Assembly: GCA_046725375.1 (NCBI GenBank)
Contig: JBKOYM010000060.1
Coordinates: 15,120-79,119, forward strand
From: Actinomycetota bacterium
Lineage (GTDB): Bacteria > Actinomycetota > Actinomycetes > Propionibacteriales > Nocardioidaceae
DNA length: 64,000 nt
Direction of reading: 5' to 3'
Shown: piece after piece, positions 7,417-19,423 of the stretch
How positions within the stretch are numbered: position 1 is the stretch's first letter
How the letters are laid out: the number at the start of each line of letters is the position of its first letter
Position numbers and translations under genes: made by a program
The notes under the pieces: model-generated
Told to the model about the DNA's origin: nothing
The model's database searches: none
What the model saw: the letters and a program-made list of their open reading frames with translations, nothing else

Positions 7417-9438
7417 GTGAGCCTCGCCGATTCGGCCAAGCGCGTGCTGCTCGGTCGCAAGCTTCGCAGTACTCAGCTACACGAGACGCTTCTACCCAAG
7501 CGGGTCGCGTTGCCGGTCTTCGCCAGCGACCCGCTGTCGAGCGTGGCGTACTCACCCGACGAGATCTTCCTCATGCTGTCTCTCGCCGGTGTGACGGCGT
7601 TCACCTTCTCGTGGAAGGTCGGCATCGTCATCGCGATCGTCATGCTGGCGGTGGTCGCGTCGTACCGGCAAAACGTCCAGGCGTACCAGAGCGGCGGCGG
7701 CGACTACGAGGTGTCGACCACCAACCTCGGTCCCACGGCCGGGCTCGGTGTCGCCAGCGCCTTGCTCGTCGATTACATCTTGACCGTCGCGGTGTCGATC
7801 GCATCCGCCGCGCAGTACGCCGCGACCGCCATCGACGAGCTCCAGGGTCACCAGGTGTCGATCGCGGTGGGCGCTGTCATCTTCTTGATGGCCATGAACC
7901 TGCGCGGGGTACGCGAGTCGGGTACAGCCTTCGCGGTCCCGACGTACTTGTTCATGGTCGCCGTCTTGGGCATGGCCCTGCTGGGTTTCGCCCGCTACAT
8001 CGCTGGCGGCCTTCCGGACGCGGACACGGCCGACTTCACGATCGTGCCCGAATCCGACTACGCCAACGGGCTGACCGGGCTCGCCGGGGCGTTCCTGCTC
8101 CTGCGGGCGTTCGCGTCCGGCTGTGCGACGCTGACCGGCGTCGAGGCGATCAGCAACGGGGTGCCAGCGTTTCGCAAGCCGAAGGGTCGTAACGCTGCGA
8201 CGACCCTGGCGGTCCTGGGCGCGATCGCCGTCACGATGGCGATTTCGGTCGTGACCCTGGCCAACCTGGTTCACGTCCGGGTAGCCGAGGATCCGGCCAC
8301 CCATCTGCTCGGTCCCGACGGGACGCCGGTCGGCGACGATTATCACCAGGATCCGGTGATGACCCAGATCGCGGACGCGGTCTTCAGCGACTTCGCGATC
8401 GGCTTCTACTTCGTCGCGGCGGCGACCGGCATCATCCTGGTCCTCGCGGCCAACACGGCGTTCAACGGATTCCCTGTCCTAGGATCGATCCTGGCCCGGC
8501 ACGGCTATCTGCCGCGTCAGCTCGACACGCGGGGCGACCGCCTGGCGTTCAGCAACGGCATCATCGCGCTGGCGGCCCTCGCCATCGGCCTGATCGTGGC
8601 GTTCGACGCCGAGGTCACCCGGCTCATCCAGCTCTACATCGTGGGAGTCTTCGTCTCGTTTACGGTCAGCCAGACCGGCATGGTCCGGCACTGGAACCGG
8701 CTGTTGCGGACCGAGACCGACCCGCAGGCCCGACGCCGGATGATGCGTAGCCGCCTAATCAACGGTTTTGGCCTGTCGGTTACTGGCACGGTGTTGGTGG
8801 TCGTCTTGATCACCAAGTTCACTCACGGCGCGTGGATCGCGATCTTGGCCATGGCGTTGATCTATCTCCTCATGCTTCGGATCCGTCGGCACTACGACCG
8901 CGTCTCGGAGGAGCTGCTCGCCGAGCAGACCGACTCCGCGCTGCCGTCCCGCGTGCACGCGATCGTGTTGGTGTCGAGGGTGCACAAGCCGACCCTGCGC
9001 GCGCTTGCGTACGCCCGGGCGTCGCGTCCGAGCACGCTGGAGGCCGTGACGGTCGAGCTGGACCGGGACACCACTCAGGCGCTGGTCGACGAATGGGATA
9101 CGCAGCGGCTCCCGGTGCCGCTCAAGGTGCTCGGGTCGCCGTACCGCGAGGTGACTCGCCCGGTCGTCGACTACGTCAAGAGCATTCGGCGCAAGAGCCC
9201 CCGCGACCTGGTCACGGTGTTCGTGCCGGAGTACGTCGTCGGCCACTGGTGGGAGCAGGCTTTGCACAACCAGAGCGCCCTGCGGCTCAAGACTCGGCTG
9301 CGCCTGATGTCCGGGGTGATGGTCACGAGCGTGCCCTATCAGCTGCGGTCGTCGGAGGCGGCGCTGCGTCGCTCCAAACGCAGTGAGCACGTGCCGGGCG
9401 AGATCCGGCGCGGCGATCCAACCCGGCGCGGTCGATAG
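7417..9438 (+). CDS. APC-family permease with large cytoplasmic C-terminal domain (Rv2690c-like)
   Basis: 673 aa with a GTG start. About 12 TM helices, then a soluble C-terminal region of about 200 aa. Divergent from trkA, as in mycobacteria. Confidence 0.8.
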   Translation: MSLADSAKRVLLGRKLRSTQLHETLLPKRVALPVFASDPLSSVAYSPDEIFLMLSLAGVTAFTFSWKVGIVIAIVMLAVVASYRQNVQAYQSGGGDYEVSTTNLGPTAGLGVASALLVDYILTVAVSIASAAQYAATAIDELQGHQVSIAVGAVIFLMAMNLRGVRESGTAFAVPTYLFMVAVLGMALLGFARYIAGGLPDADTADFTIVPESDYANGLTGLAGAFLLLRAFASGCATLTGVEAISNGVPAFRKPKGRNAATTLAVLGAIAVTMAISVVTLANLVHVRVAEDPATHLLGPDGTPVGDDYHQDPVMTQIADAVFSDFAIGFYFVAAATGIILVLAANTAFNGFPVLGSILARHGYLPRQLDTRGDRLAFSNGIIALAALAIGLIVAFDAEVTRLIQLYIVGVFVSFTVSQTGMVRHWNRLLRTETDPQARRRMMRSRLINGFGLSVTGTVLVVVLITKFTHGAWIAILAMALIYLLMLRIRRHYDRVSEELLAEQTDSALPSRVHAIVLVSRVHKPTLRALAYARASRPSTLEAVTVELDRDTTQALVDEWDTQRLPVPLKVLGSPYREVTRPVVDYVKSIRRKSPRDLVTVFVPEYVVGHWWEQALHNQSALRLKTRLRLMSGVMVTSVPYQLRSSEAALRRSKRSEHVPGEIRRGDPTRRGR

Positions 9439-9446
9439 CGGCGCGC

Positions 9447-10121
9447 CTACGGGACGAAGCGGTAGCCCATGCCGGGCTCAGTGACGAGATGGCGCGGGCG
9501 GGCCGGATCGGCCTCGAGCTTGCGACGCAGCTGCGCCATGTAGACCCGCAGGTAGTGGGTCTCGCGGTCGTACGACGGACCCCACACGTCATGCAGCAAC
9601 TGTCGTTGCGGCACCAGCCGTCCGGGTCGTCGGACCAACGCCTCGATCAGCCCCCACTCGGTCGGCGTCAGGTGCACCTCGTAGCCGTCCCGCCAAGCCT
9701 TCTTGGCCGAGAGGTCGAGCCGGAACGCATCGGTCTCGACGACCGACTCGGCGTCGTCGCCGCTGGACCGGCGGACGGCGGCTCGTACCCGGGCCAGCAG
9801 CTCGTCCATCCCGAACGGCTTCGTGACGTAGTCGTCGGCGCCTTCGTCAAGCGCTTCGACCTTGTCGTCCGAGCCGTGCCGGGCCGACAAAACGATGACG
9901 GGAACCTGGCTCCACGAGCGGAGCTGCCGGAGCACGTCGACTCCGCTGAGGTCCGGCAGACCGAGGTCGAGGAGCACGACGTCCGGCTGCTCCTCGCGGC
10001 AGACGTCGAGCGCGGTGCGGCCGTCGCGCGCGACCATGACGTCGTAGCCACGGGCACGCAGGTTGATCGACAGCGTACGGACCATCGCGGGCTCGTCGTC
10101 GATGACCAGGATCGAGGTCAT
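9447..10121 (-). CDS. kdpE: response regulator KdpE (OmpR family)
   Basis: Receiver domain (ILVIDDEP..DLGLPD) plus a winged-helix output domain. There is a 4-nt overlap with the kdpD stop. Confidence 0.9.
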   Translation of the reverse strand: MTSILVIDDEPAMVRTLSINLRARGYDVMVARDGRTALDVCREEQPDVVLLDLGLPDLSGVDVLRQLRSWSQVPVIVLSARHGSDDKVEALDEGADDYVTKPFGMDELLARVRAAVRRSSGDDAESVVETDAFRLDLSAKKAWRDGYEVHLTPTEWGLIEALVRRPGRLVPQRQLLHDVWGPSYDRETHYLRVYMAQLRRKLEADPARPRHLVTEPGMGYRFVP

Positions 10122-12640
10122 AGGGATGCCTCGATTCGGTAGGCAGGCGCCGCCTGAAGGTCCACGATCATCGTCAGCCCGCCGCCCGGCGTGTCCTCGG
10201 CGGTCACGGTGCCTCCCATCGCCTCGGTGAGCCCCTTCGCGACCGCAAGGCCGAGACCGACCCCATCGCCGTCCGGAGCATCGCCCAGGCGCTGGAACGG
10301 CTCGAAGATCCGATCCTTGTCGGTGTCGGGCACGCCGGACCCGCGGTCGACGACGCGTAGCTGGACCCGATCGCCGACGCTGCTACCGGCCACGCGTACC
10401 CGGCTTCCCGGTGGCGTGTGGTGCAGCGCGTTGTCGACGAGGTTGGCCACGACCCGGTCGAGCAGCCCGGGGTCGACCCAAACGTCGGGCAGGTCCGGCG
10501 CGAAATCCAGCTCGACCCGTATTGGATCGGCCACCGTTCGGAGGCTCTGGGCCACGACGTCGTCCAAGCCCACATCACGGGTGGTGGGGGTGACCGCCCC
10601 GGTCTGCAGGCGGCTGAGATCGAGCAGGTTCGCCACGATGGCGTCGAGGCGGTCGGCCGACTCTTCGACGGCGGCCAGCAGGGCGCGCTCGTCTTCCGGC
10701 GTCCAGTCCATGTCGTCAGCTCGCAGGCTGGAGATGGCGGCCTTGATGCCGGCCAGGGGAGTACGCAGGTCGTGCGAGACGGCCGCGAGCAACGAGGTCC
10801 GAATGCGGTTGCTCTCTTCCAGCTGCCGGGCGTTGGCGGCCTGCCGAGCCAAGTCCTGTCGCTCCAACACGATGGCGAGGTGGGTCGCGAACGCCGAGAG
10901 TACGCGGTGCTCGTGGGCCGCGAGCAGCCGGCCGCGGAGAGCGACGACCGTCGACGGTCCGGACACCTCGGCCTCGGCGTCGGCTTGATCCGGGTCGGTG
11001 GCCGGGTTGGGTCCGACCGACGCCACCGTGGTCCACGCGGTGGTGTCTTCGACACGGCGCAGCAGCGCGACCGACGTGGCGCCGAAGTTTTCGCGGAGCA
11101 ACTCGAGAAGGGCGACGATGCCGTGATCGGTACGCAGCAGTGCGTGGTTGAGCAAGGTCAGGGTGTCGGCCTCGATCTGGGCCCGATTGGCCTGCAGCCG
11201 TCGTCGCGCAGCGAGGTCGACGACCGATGCCACCGCGACGGCCACCAGCAGGTAGAGGACGACCGCTGCGACATCGTTCGGGTCGTTGATGATCAGGGTG
11301 TAGAACGGCTCGGTGAAGAAGAAGTTGAGGAGCAGGCTGCCGAGGAGGGCGGCCGTCACAGCCGGCCACAGCCCGCCGACGATTGCGCAGGCCACCGTGA
11401 GGGTCAGGAAGAGCATCGCCTCGAGGGTGAGGTCGTGAAGGTCCCGCGTGGCTTCCAGAAGGCCGGCGAGCGCGAGCGACCCGGCCACCGCGAGGAGCCA
11501 TCCGGCGATCAACCGGTCGCGTCCGAGCAGCGGGCCGCGTGGGAGCCCGAGGCGACCCCGACCGGCGTACTCATGGGTGACGAGGTGGACGTCGATGTCC
11601 CCGGAGCCGGTGACGATTCGCTCGCTGACGCCGACGGCGAGCATCGCCTTCCATCGGCGCCGGCGACTCACGCCGACGACGATCTGCGCCGCGTTGACGC
11701 CACGTGCGAACTCGAGCACGGCCTCGGCGATGTCGTCGGCGATGACGGTGTGGTGGGTGCCGCCCAGCTCTTCGGTGAGGGCTCGCTGCCGGGCCAGCTG
11801 ATCCGGCTTGGCCGCGACCAGGCCGTCACTGCGCGAGACGTACACGGCGAGCAGCTCACCGCCGGCACCCCGCGAGGCGATCCGGGCCGCCCGGCGCAGC
11901 AGCACTTCGCTCTCCGGCCCGCCGGTGACGGCGACGACGACGCGCTCGCGAGCCGGCCAGGTCGCGGCGATTCCTTCGGCGCTGCGGTATCGCTCGAGGC
12001 CTTCGTCGACTCGATCGGCGAGCCACAGCAGCGCCAGTTCGCGGAGGGCCGACAGATTGCCGATGCGGAAATAGCGACTGAGTGCGGCGTCGACCTTCTC
12101 CGGCGGGTAGACGTTGCCGTGCGCCATCCGGCGGCGCAGCGCCTCTGGCGTGATGTCGACGAGCTCGATCTGGTCGGCCCGGCGGACGACCTCGTCGGGG
12201 ACCGTCTCGCGCTGCTTGACTCCGGTGATCGACTCGACGGCGTCGTTGAGCGACTCGAGATGCTGGATGTTGAGCGTCGAGATGACGTCGATCCCCGCGT
12301 CGAGCAGCTCGTCGATGTCTTGCCATCGCTTCGCGTTTCGGCTGCCCGGCACATTGGTGTGGGCCAGCTCGTCGACCAGCACCCGCATGGGGCGGCGTTC
12401 GAGCGTCGCGTCCACGTCGAACTCCTCGAAGACCGAGTCGCGGTAGGTCATCTGCTTGCGCGGGATGACCTCGACGTCGCCGATCTGCTCGGCGGTGTGC
12501 TCCCGGCCGTGGACCTCCACGAAACCGATCACGACGTCGCGACCTCGATCCTTGGCCCGGCGCCCCTCGCAAAGCATGGCGAAGGTCTTGCCGACTCCGG
12601 GTGCGGCACCGAGGTAGATGCGCAGGTGACCGCGCTTCAT
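10118..12640 (-). CDS. kdpD: sensor histidine kinase KdpD
   Basis: 840 aa with an N-terminal KdpD P-loop (GAAPGVGKTFAML), a USP-like region, a TM block, an H-box (SHDLRTPL) and an HATPase domain. Confidence 0.95.
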   Translation of the reverse strand: MKRGHLRIYLGAAPGVGKTFAMLCEGRRAKDRGRDVVIGFVEVHGREHTAEQIGDVEVIPRKQMTYRDSVFEEFDVDATLERRPMRVLVDELAHTNVPGSRNAKRWQDIDELLDAGIDVISTLNIQHLESLNDAVESITGVKQRETVPDEVVRRADQIELVDITPEALRRRMAHGNVYPPEKVDAALSRYFRIGNLSALRELALLWLADRVDEGLERYRSAEGIAATWPARERVVVAVTGGPESEVLLRRAARIASRGAGGELLAVYVSRSDGLVAAKPDQLARQRALTEELGGTHHTVIADDIAEAVLEFARGVNAAQIVVGVSRRRRWKAMLAVGVSERIVTGSGDIDVHLVTHEYAGRGRLGLPRGPLLGRDRLIAGWLLAVAGSLALAGLLEATRDLHDLTLEAMLFLTLTVACAIVGGLWPAVTAALLGSLLLNFFFTEPFYTLIINDPNDVAAVVLYLLVAVAVASVVDLAARRRLQANRAQIEADTLTLLNHALLRTDHGIVALLELLRENFGATSVALLRRVEDTTAWTTVASVGPNPATDPDQADAEAEVSGPSTVVALRGRLLAAHEHRVLSAFATHLAIVLERQDLARQAANARQLEESNRIRTSLLAAVSHDLRTPLAGIKAAISSLRADDMDWTPEDERALLAAVEESADRLDAIVANLLDLSRLQTGAVTPTTRDVGLDDVVAQSLRTVADPIRVELDFAPDLPDVWVDPGLLDRVVANLVDNALHHTPPGSRVRVAGSSVGDRVQLRVVDRGSGVPDTDKDRIFEPFQRLGDAPDGDGVGLGLAVAKGLTEAMGGTVTAEDTPGGGLTMIVDLQAAPAYRIEASL

Positions 12641-12644
12641 ATCG

Positions 12645-13214
12645 TCATTGTCGCGCGTCGAGCGCGAGGTTGAGCTCGAGGACGTTGACTCGCGGCTCGC
12701 CGAGGAAGCCGAACGCCCGGTCCTCGGTGTGCTCGCCGATCAGGTCGAACACCTCGGAGATCGGCATGCCACGCGCGACCGCGACTCGGGCGGCCTGCAG
12801 ATGGGCATTGGTGACCGAGATGTCGGGGTCGAGACCCGATCCCGACGCGGTCACGGCGTCCACGGGGACCTCGGCGTTCGGGCCGAGGCCGTTCTCTTCG
12901 CGGTAGTGGTCGGCCCGACGCTCGACGGCCTCCAGCAGGGCGGGGTTCGTTGGACCGAGGTTGCTTCCCGAGCTCAGCGTCCCGTCGTACTTGACCGCCG
13001 ATGGCCGGGGATGGAAGTACTCGGGTGCGGTGAACGGCTGCCCGATCAGCTCGGAGCCGACCACCCGACCGTCGCGCTCGATCAGCGATCCGTCGGCCTT
13101 GTCGGAGAAGAGCGCCTGTGCGACGCCGGTCACCGCCAGCGGGTAGACGATCCCCGTGATCACGGTGAACAACAGCAGCATGCCGAGTGCGGCCTGGAGC
13201 TGGCGGCGCATCAC
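12645..13214 (-). CDS. kdpC: K+-transporting ATPase subunit C
   Basis: 189 aa with an N-terminal TM helix and YFHPRPS and [10 protein letters not shown] motifs. Confidence 0.93.
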   Translation of the reverse strand: MMRRQLQAALGMLLLFTVITGIVYPLAVTGVAQALFSDKADGSLIERDGRVVGSELIGQPFTAPEYFHPRPSAVKYDGTLSSGSNLGPTNPALLEAVERRADHYREENGLGPNAEVPVDAVTASGSGLDPDISVTNAHLQAARVAVARGMPISEVFDLIGEHTEDRAFGFLGEPRVNVLELNLALDARQ

Positions 13215-15310
13215 GAGACTCCTAACGCGACGATGATGATGTCGACGAGTTTGATGCCGATGAACGGGATGATGACTCCACCGAGGCCATAGATGAGTAG
13301 GTTGCGGCGGAGCATGGCCTGGGGACTCTCGGCGCGGAACCGTACGCCGCGCAGCGCGAGCGGGATCAGCGCGACGATGATGAGCGCGTTGAAGATAACG
13401 GCCGAGAGGATCGCCGATCGCGGCGAGTCGAGGCTCATGACGTTGAGCTTGTCGAGTACGGGAAGCACGCCGGAGAACATCGCCGGGATGATCGCGAAGT
13501 ACTTCGCGACGTCGTTCGCGATCGAGAACGTCGTCAGCGAACCCCGAGTGATGAGCAGCTGCTTGCCGATCTCGACGACCTCGATGAGCTTGGTCGGGTC
13601 GGAGTCCAGGTCGACCATGTTGCCGGCCTCCTTGGCGGCCTGGGTGCCCGTGTTCATCGCGACCCCGACGTCGGCCTTAGCGAGCGCGGGCGCGTCGTTG
13701 GTGCCGTCGCCCGTCATCGCGATGAGTGCACCGCCGGTCTGCTCCCGTTTGATGAGGTCCATCTTGTTCTCGGGCGTCGCCTCGGCGAGGTAGTCGTCGA
13801 CTCCTGCCTCGTCGGCGATCGCCCTGGCCGTGAGGGGGTTGTCGCCGGTGATCATCACGGTTCGGATGCCCATCGCGCGGAGCTGGTCGAAGCGCTCCCG
13901 CATCCCGTCCTTGACGACGTCCTTGAGGTGGATGACACCGAGCATCCGGGTGGTGCCGGAGCGAGTCTCGCGTTCGGCGACCGCGAGAGGAGTGCCGCCG
14001 CTGACCGAGATACCCTGGGCGATCGTCTCGACCGCCTCCGGGACGATGCCGCCGTACTCCTCGACCCAGCGCCGGACGGCGTCGGTGGCGCCCTTGCGGA
14101 TGGAGACGGCGTCGCGGTCGACGCCGCTCATCCGGGTCTGGGCGCTGAACGGCACCAGCTCGCCGTCGGACCGGCCGTCTTCCCTCAGGCCGTACTGCTT
14201 TTCGGCGTACGACACGATCGACCGTCCCTCGGGCGTATCGTCGGCGAGGCTCGAGAGGTACGCCGCGGCGGCGAGGTCGTGGTCGAGGACGTCGGGCGCC
14301 GTGAGGAATGCGGCGGCCTGCCGGTTGCCGAGCGTGATCGTGCCGGTCTTGTCGAGCAGCAGGGTGTCGACGTCGCCGGCCGCCTCGACCGCCCGACCCG
14401 ACATCGCGAGGACGTTGCGCTGCACCATCCGGTCCATGCCAGCGATGCCGATCGCCGACAGCAGCGCGCCGATCGTGGTCGGGATCAGACAGACCAACAA
14501 GGCGACCAGTACGATGAGATTTTGCTCGGCACCGGAGTAGATCGCGAACGGCTGCAGGGTGACGACCGCGAGCAAGAAGATGATCGTCAGGCCAGCTAGC
14601 AGGATGTTGAGGGCGATCTCGTTGGGTGTCTTTTGCCGCTCGGCACCCTCGACGAGCGCAATCATCCGGTCGAGGAACGTTTCGCCGGGTCGCGCCGTGA
14701 TTCGTACGACGACCTCGTCCGACAGGACGCGGGTGCCGCCGGTCACGGCCGAGCGGTCGCCGCCGGACTCTCGAATGACCGGTGCCGACTCTCCGGTAAT
14801 AGCCGACTCGTCGACGCTCGCAATCCCTTCGACCACGTCGCCGTCGCTGGGGATCAGCTCGCCGGCCGACACAACACACTCGTCGCCAACCCGCAGCGCA
14901 GTGCCCGGAACCTCCTCGATCGAGCCGTCCGCGCGACGGCGGCGCGCCTTCGTCTCGGTCCGGGTCTTACGCAAGGTGTCGGCCTGTGCCTTGCCGCGGC
15001 CCTCGGCCATCGCCTCGGCGAAGTTGGCGAAGAGCGCGGTGAACCAGAGGAACAGGGCGACCAGGCCGCTGAAGACGTTCTCCGCGGCACTCGAGTCGAA
15101 CAGGTCGCGGGCGAAGAGGATCGTCGCGAGCACGCTACCGACGAGGACCACCAACATGACCGGATTGCGGGCCTGAACCCGCGGGTCCAGCTTGCGGAAG
15201 CTGTCGCCGAGCGCCCGTCGGACGATGTCGCGGTCGAACAACGACCGGCTCGGAAGGGGGTGCCGGTCACGAGCACTGCTGCCGACCGGACGAGTCTTGG
15301 CGATGGACAT
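13211..15310 (-). CDS. kdpB: K+-transporting P-type ATPase subunit B
   Basis: 699 aa with DKTGTIT, TGDN and [10 protein letters not shown] motifs. Confidence 0.97.
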   Translation of the reverse strand: MSIAKTRPVGSSARDRHPLPSRSLFDRDIVRRALGDSFRKLDPRVQARNPVMLVVLVGSVLATILFARDLFDSSAAENVFSGLVALFLWFTALFANFAEAMAEGRGKAQADTLRKTRTETKARRRRADGSIEEVPGTALRVGDECVVSAGELIPSDGDVVEGIASVDESAITGESAPVIRESGGDRSAVTGGTRVLSDEVVVRITARPGETFLDRMIALVEGAERQKTPNEIALNILLAGLTIIFLLAVVTLQPFAIYSGAEQNLIVLVALLVCLIPTTIGALLSAIGIAGMDRMVQRNVLAMSGRAVEAAGDVDTLLLDKTGTITLGNRQAAAFLTAPDVLDHDLAAAAYLSSLADDTPEGRSIVSYAEKQYGLREDGRSDGELVPFSAQTRMSGVDRDAVSIRKGATDAVRRWVEEYGGIVPEAVETIAQGISVSGGTPLAVAERETRSGTTRMLGVIHLKDVVKDGMRERFDQLRAMGIRTVMITGDNPLTARAIADEAGVDDYLAEATPENKMDLIKREQTGGALIAMTGDGTNDAPALAKADVGVAMNTGTQAAKEAGNMVDLDSDPTKLIEVVEIGKQLLITRGSLTTFSIANDVAKYFAIIPAMFSGVLPVLDKLNVMSLDSPRSAILSAVIFNALIIVALIPLALRGVRFRAESPQAMLRRNLLIYGLGGVIIPFIGIKLVDIIIVALGVS

Positions 15311-15322
15311 CGGCGATGGCTC

Positions 15323-17035
15323 CTACAGGGACAGCTGCTCGACGATCGGGCCGAGCGAGAGTGCGGGGAAGAAGGTCAGTCCGGAGACGACGAACACCAC
15401 TCCGATCACGAGACCGACGAACAGCGGCGTATGCGTTGGGAACGTCGCCGACGACGCCGGAACCGTCTGCTTGCGGGCCATCGATCCGGCGATCGCGAGG
15501 ACCGGGATGATCAGGAAGAACCGCCCGATCAGCATGGTGAGGCCCAGCGTCGTGTCGTACCAGTTCGTCGCCGTCGTGAGTCCGGCGAACGCTGACCCGT
15601 TGTTGTTCGACGCCGAGTCGTACGCGTACAAGATCTCCGACAGCCCATGGGAACCAGGGTTGGCCCGCGAGTCGAGCGCGAAGTCCAAGACCGAGGACGC
15701 CGCGGCGAAGCCGAGGAGGGTGATCGGCATCGCCAGGAGATAGAGCACGATGAGCTTCATCTCCGACGACTCGATCTTCTTGCCGAGGTACTCGGGAGTC
15801 CGTCCGATCATCAGCCCGGCGATGAACACCGACAGAATCGCCATGATCAGCAGCCCGTTCAGGCCGACACCCACGCCGCCCGGGCTGACCTCGCCGAGCA
15901 TCATGTGCAGCATCGGCACTCCACCGCCGAGCGGCGTATAGCTGTCGTGCATCGAGTTGACCGAGCCGTTGGACGTGCCGGTCGTCGACGCCGCCCACAA
16001 TCCGGAGGCTTCGGAACCGAAGCGCAGCTCCTTGCCTTCCATGTTGCCGCCAGGTTGGTCGGAGCTGATGCTCTGGTCGACCCCGAGCGCGTCGAGGGCC
16101 GAGTTGCCATGTGCCTCCAGGTCCATCGCGAGCAGCGACATGCCGGCCCAGATGATCAACATAATCGCGAACACCGCGTGCCCCTGCCGCCGGCTGCGCA
16201 CCAGGTAGCCGAACGTGAAGGCCAGCGCGAACGGGATGATCAGGATCGCCCAGGTCTCGACGATGTTGCTGAACGACGTCGCGTTTTCGAACGGGTGGGC
16301 CGAGTTGACGTTGAAGAACCCGCCACCGTTGGTCCCAAGCTGCTTGATGGAGATCTGACTCGCGGCCGGGCCGCCGGGGATGACCTGACTGCCGCCCTCC
16401 ACCGTCGTGACGGTGCTGTTGCCGCTGAAGTTCTGTACGACACCCTGGCTGACCAAGATCACGGCGACGAGGAAGGCCAACGGCAGCAGGATCCGGATCG
16501 TGGACCGCGTCAGGTCGACCCAGAAGTTGCCGAGCGTGCTGGCTCGGCGCCGAGCGAGGCCCCGGATCAACGCCGCCATCACGGCCATGCCGGCCGCGGC
16601 AGAGACGAAGTTTTGCACCGAGAGGCCGACCATCTGCGAGAGGTTGCTCAGGGTCACCTCGCCGCCGTACGACTGCCAGTTGGTGTTGGTCATGAAGCTG
16701 ACAGCTGTGTTGAACGACAGGTGCGGCACGACGCCCGGCAGGTCGTTGGGATTCAGCGGCAGTCCGGATTGCCACCGCAGCAGGGCGTACAGGAACAGGA
16801 AGGAGACCAGGCTGAACGCGAGTACGGAGTAGGCGTAGACCTTCCAGTTTTGCTCCTTGTCGGGGTCGACCCGGCAGATTCGGTAGATCGCGCTCTCGAC
16901 CGGGAGGAACACCCGGTCGCCCGGCGCCTTTCGCCCGTCGCTGAAGACGCGGGCCATGTACCAGCCCAGCGGTGGCGCAGTCACGAGCAGGACGACCGTC
17001 AGCGCCGCGAACTGCGCCCAGCCTGCGCCCGACAT
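15323..17035 (-). CDS. kdpA: K+-transporting ATPase subunit A
   Basis: 570 aa, multi-TM, with the typical NTNWQSY and GTNGGGF selectivity-filter-like motifs. Confidence 0.97.
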   Translation of the reverse strand: MSGAGWAQFAALTVVLLVTAPPLGWYMARVFSDGRKAPGDRVFLPVESAIYRICRVDPDKEQNWKVYAYSVLAFSLVSFLFLYALLRWQSGLPLNPNDLPGVVPHLSFNTAVSFMTNTNWQSYGGEVTLSNLSQMVGLSVQNFVSAAAGMAVMAALIRGLARRRASTLGNFWVDLTRSTIRILLPLAFLVAVILVSQGVVQNFSGNSTVTTVEGGSQVIPGGPAASQISIKQLGTNGGGFFNVNSAHPFENATSFSNIVETWAILIIPFALAFTFGYLVRSRRQGHAVFAIMLIIWAGMSLLAMDLEAHGNSALDALGVDQSISSDQPGGNMEGKELRFGSEASGLWAASTTGTSNGSVNSMHDSYTPLGGGVPMLHMMLGEVSPGGVGVGLNGLLIMAILSVFIAGLMIGRTPEYLGKKIESSEMKLIVLYLLAMPITLLGFAAASSVLDFALDSRANPGSHGLSEILYAYDSASNNNGSAFAGLTTATNWYDTTLGLTMLIGRFFLIIPVLAIAGSMARKQTVPASSATFPTHTPLFVGLVIGVVFVVSGLTFFPALSLGPIVEQLSL

Positions 17036-17125
17036 TTAGAACCGCTCCGGAAAGAGCAGGGCACAGACCAGGTATCCAGCGAGGAGAGCTCCGACGACGA
17101 GCCCTGTGACGTTGTCGGCGCTCAT
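17036..17125 (-). CDS. kdpF: K+-transporting ATPase subunit F
   Basis: 29 aa, MSADNVTGLVVGALLAGYLVCALLFPERF. This starts at the internal ATG of track ORF 17036..17227. Its TAA stop abuts the kdpA ATG. Confidence 0.8.
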   Translation of the reverse strand: MSADNVTGLVVGALLAGYLVCALLFPERF

Positions 17126-17274
17126 TGCTCGCCCACCGGCTCCCGGTCGGGCTCGCGGTCCAGCTCGTCGGCAGGTTCCCGCCCGCGGGTGACGATCCGG
17201 TCGCAGGCTCGGACGTAGCCGACGCACAGCGCGAAGAACGCCACCGTCAGCGCGACGAAGAGGAGATCGGTCAC
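17122..17274 (-). CDS. candidate 50-aa single-TM leader protein of the kdp operon (not in the ORF track)
   Basis: GTG at 17274 gives VTDLLFVALTVAFFALCVGYVRACDRIVTRGREPADELDREPDREPVGEQ. Its TGA overlaps the kdpF ATG (ATGA at 17125-17122). 45 of 50 codons end in G or C. Confidence 0.45.
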   Translation of the reverse strand: MTDLLFVALTVAFFALCVGYVRACDRIVTRGREPADELDREPDREPVGEQ

Positions 17275-17313
17275 GCGTCCAGTGAAGGTCGCCGCCGGCA
17301 CCCTGGCGGTCGG

Positions 17314-17352
17314 TCTTGACGCCGCGTTGACGGGTCTTAACGCGATCTTGAC
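17314..17352 (-). promoter_or_regulatory. four phased direct repeats, GT(C/T)AA(G/C)(A/G) on the kdp strand; candidate KdpE operator
   Basis: Plus-strand copies are tcttgac 17314, cgttgac 17325, tcttaac 17335 and tcttgac 17346, spaced 11/10/11 bp. They lie 40-78 nt upstream of the first kdp-operon ORF. Confidence 0.4.
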
Positions 17353-17359
17353 GCGACGA

Positions 17360-17390
17360 GCCCGCCGGATGAGTGACCGGCCCGGCGGGC
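17360..17390 (-). terminator. GC-rich hairpin downstream of the ABC-2 permease
   Basis: gcccgccgg (17360-17368) pairs with ccggcgggc (17382-17390): a perfect 9-bp stem with a 13-nt loop. It sits 11 nt past the permease stop. There is no U-tract. Confidence 0.45.
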
Positions 17391-17400
17391 CATCAGCACG

Positions 17401-18212
17401 TCAGACTTTGCGTCGCAAAGCCCGCACCGACAGCACCGAGAACACCGCTGCGATGCCGGCGGCCCAGATCAGGGACGTGACGATCGGCTCAGCCTCCGCG
17501 CCGGTGACCATCAGCCCGCGACAGGCGTCAGCCAATACACTCACCGGGTTGTTGTCGACGATCGGCTGCAGCCAGTCCGGCATGGTGTCAGACGGGGCGA
17601 ACACGTTGCTCACGAACGTGATCGGAAACAGTGCCGTGAAGCCGAAGAGCTGAACGTGCTCGGGATCCTTCGACAAGACGCCGACCAGGACCGACACCCA
17701 GGAGAACGCCAGGGCGAACACCAGGACCAGCACGACCGCGCCGAGAAGTCCGAGCACCGACGTCTCCACTCGGAATCCGAGCACATAACCGACCGCGAGC
17801 AGCAGAGCGAACGACCAGGCCTGCTTGACCATGTCGGCAGTGATCCGGCCGGCCAACGGTGCCCACCGGGCGATCGGCAGCGAGCGCAGTCGGTCGAAGA
17901 CACCCTTGGTCAGGTCGGTGTTGAGGCCCATCCCGACGTACATCGTGACGAAGAACATGTTCATCACGATCAGGCCGGGAAGCGTCAGCGTCAGGTAGTC
18001 GCCTGGCGACCCACCGATCGCGCCGCCGAAGACATAGGTGAACAGCAGCACGAACAGGATCGGTTGGAAGCTGAAGTCACCGAGCTCCCAGGGGTTGTGT
18101 CGGATCTGGACGAGGGTCCGCCACGCGAGCGTCATCGACTGGCGCAGGCCTTGGATCGGACTGACGCGGGCCGGCAGGTCGCGCGGGATGGGCTCGACGG
18201 TCGAAGCAGCGG

Positions 18213-18216
<4 letters not shown>
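17401..18216 (-). CDS. ABC-2 type transporter permease (DrrB-like)
   Basis: Internal ATG at 18216 (MTAASTVEP..) overlaps the ATPase stop (ATGA). Six TM helices. Confidence 0.85.
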
Positions 18217-19187
<971 letters not shown>

Positions 19188-19423
19188 CGGATGTGCTCCT
19201 CACAGTGGATCGAGCTCGTTCAGTTGTCCTACCGCGGACGACCGACAGCGGCCGTTCGAGCTGGGCAAACGCCATGGACAGCGATCAGCATTCCATCGGT
19301 CTGCGAGGCCCACCACCGGGTTTCGGCGATGGCACCCTCGCGGGTACAGACCAGAGTGTCGGTCGAAACTCATCGGTGCCGCCTGGTCGCAGCCCGGCCT
19401 CGACCGGTGTAACTTCGCAGAGC

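Noticed and set aside
17126-17400. Possible c-di-AMP (ydaO/kimA-type) or other riboswitch in the kdp leader
   Set aside because: I could not find the conserved pseudo-symmetric ydaO core elements. The region is better explained by a 50-codon ORF with strong GC3 bias, direct repeats and a hairpin.
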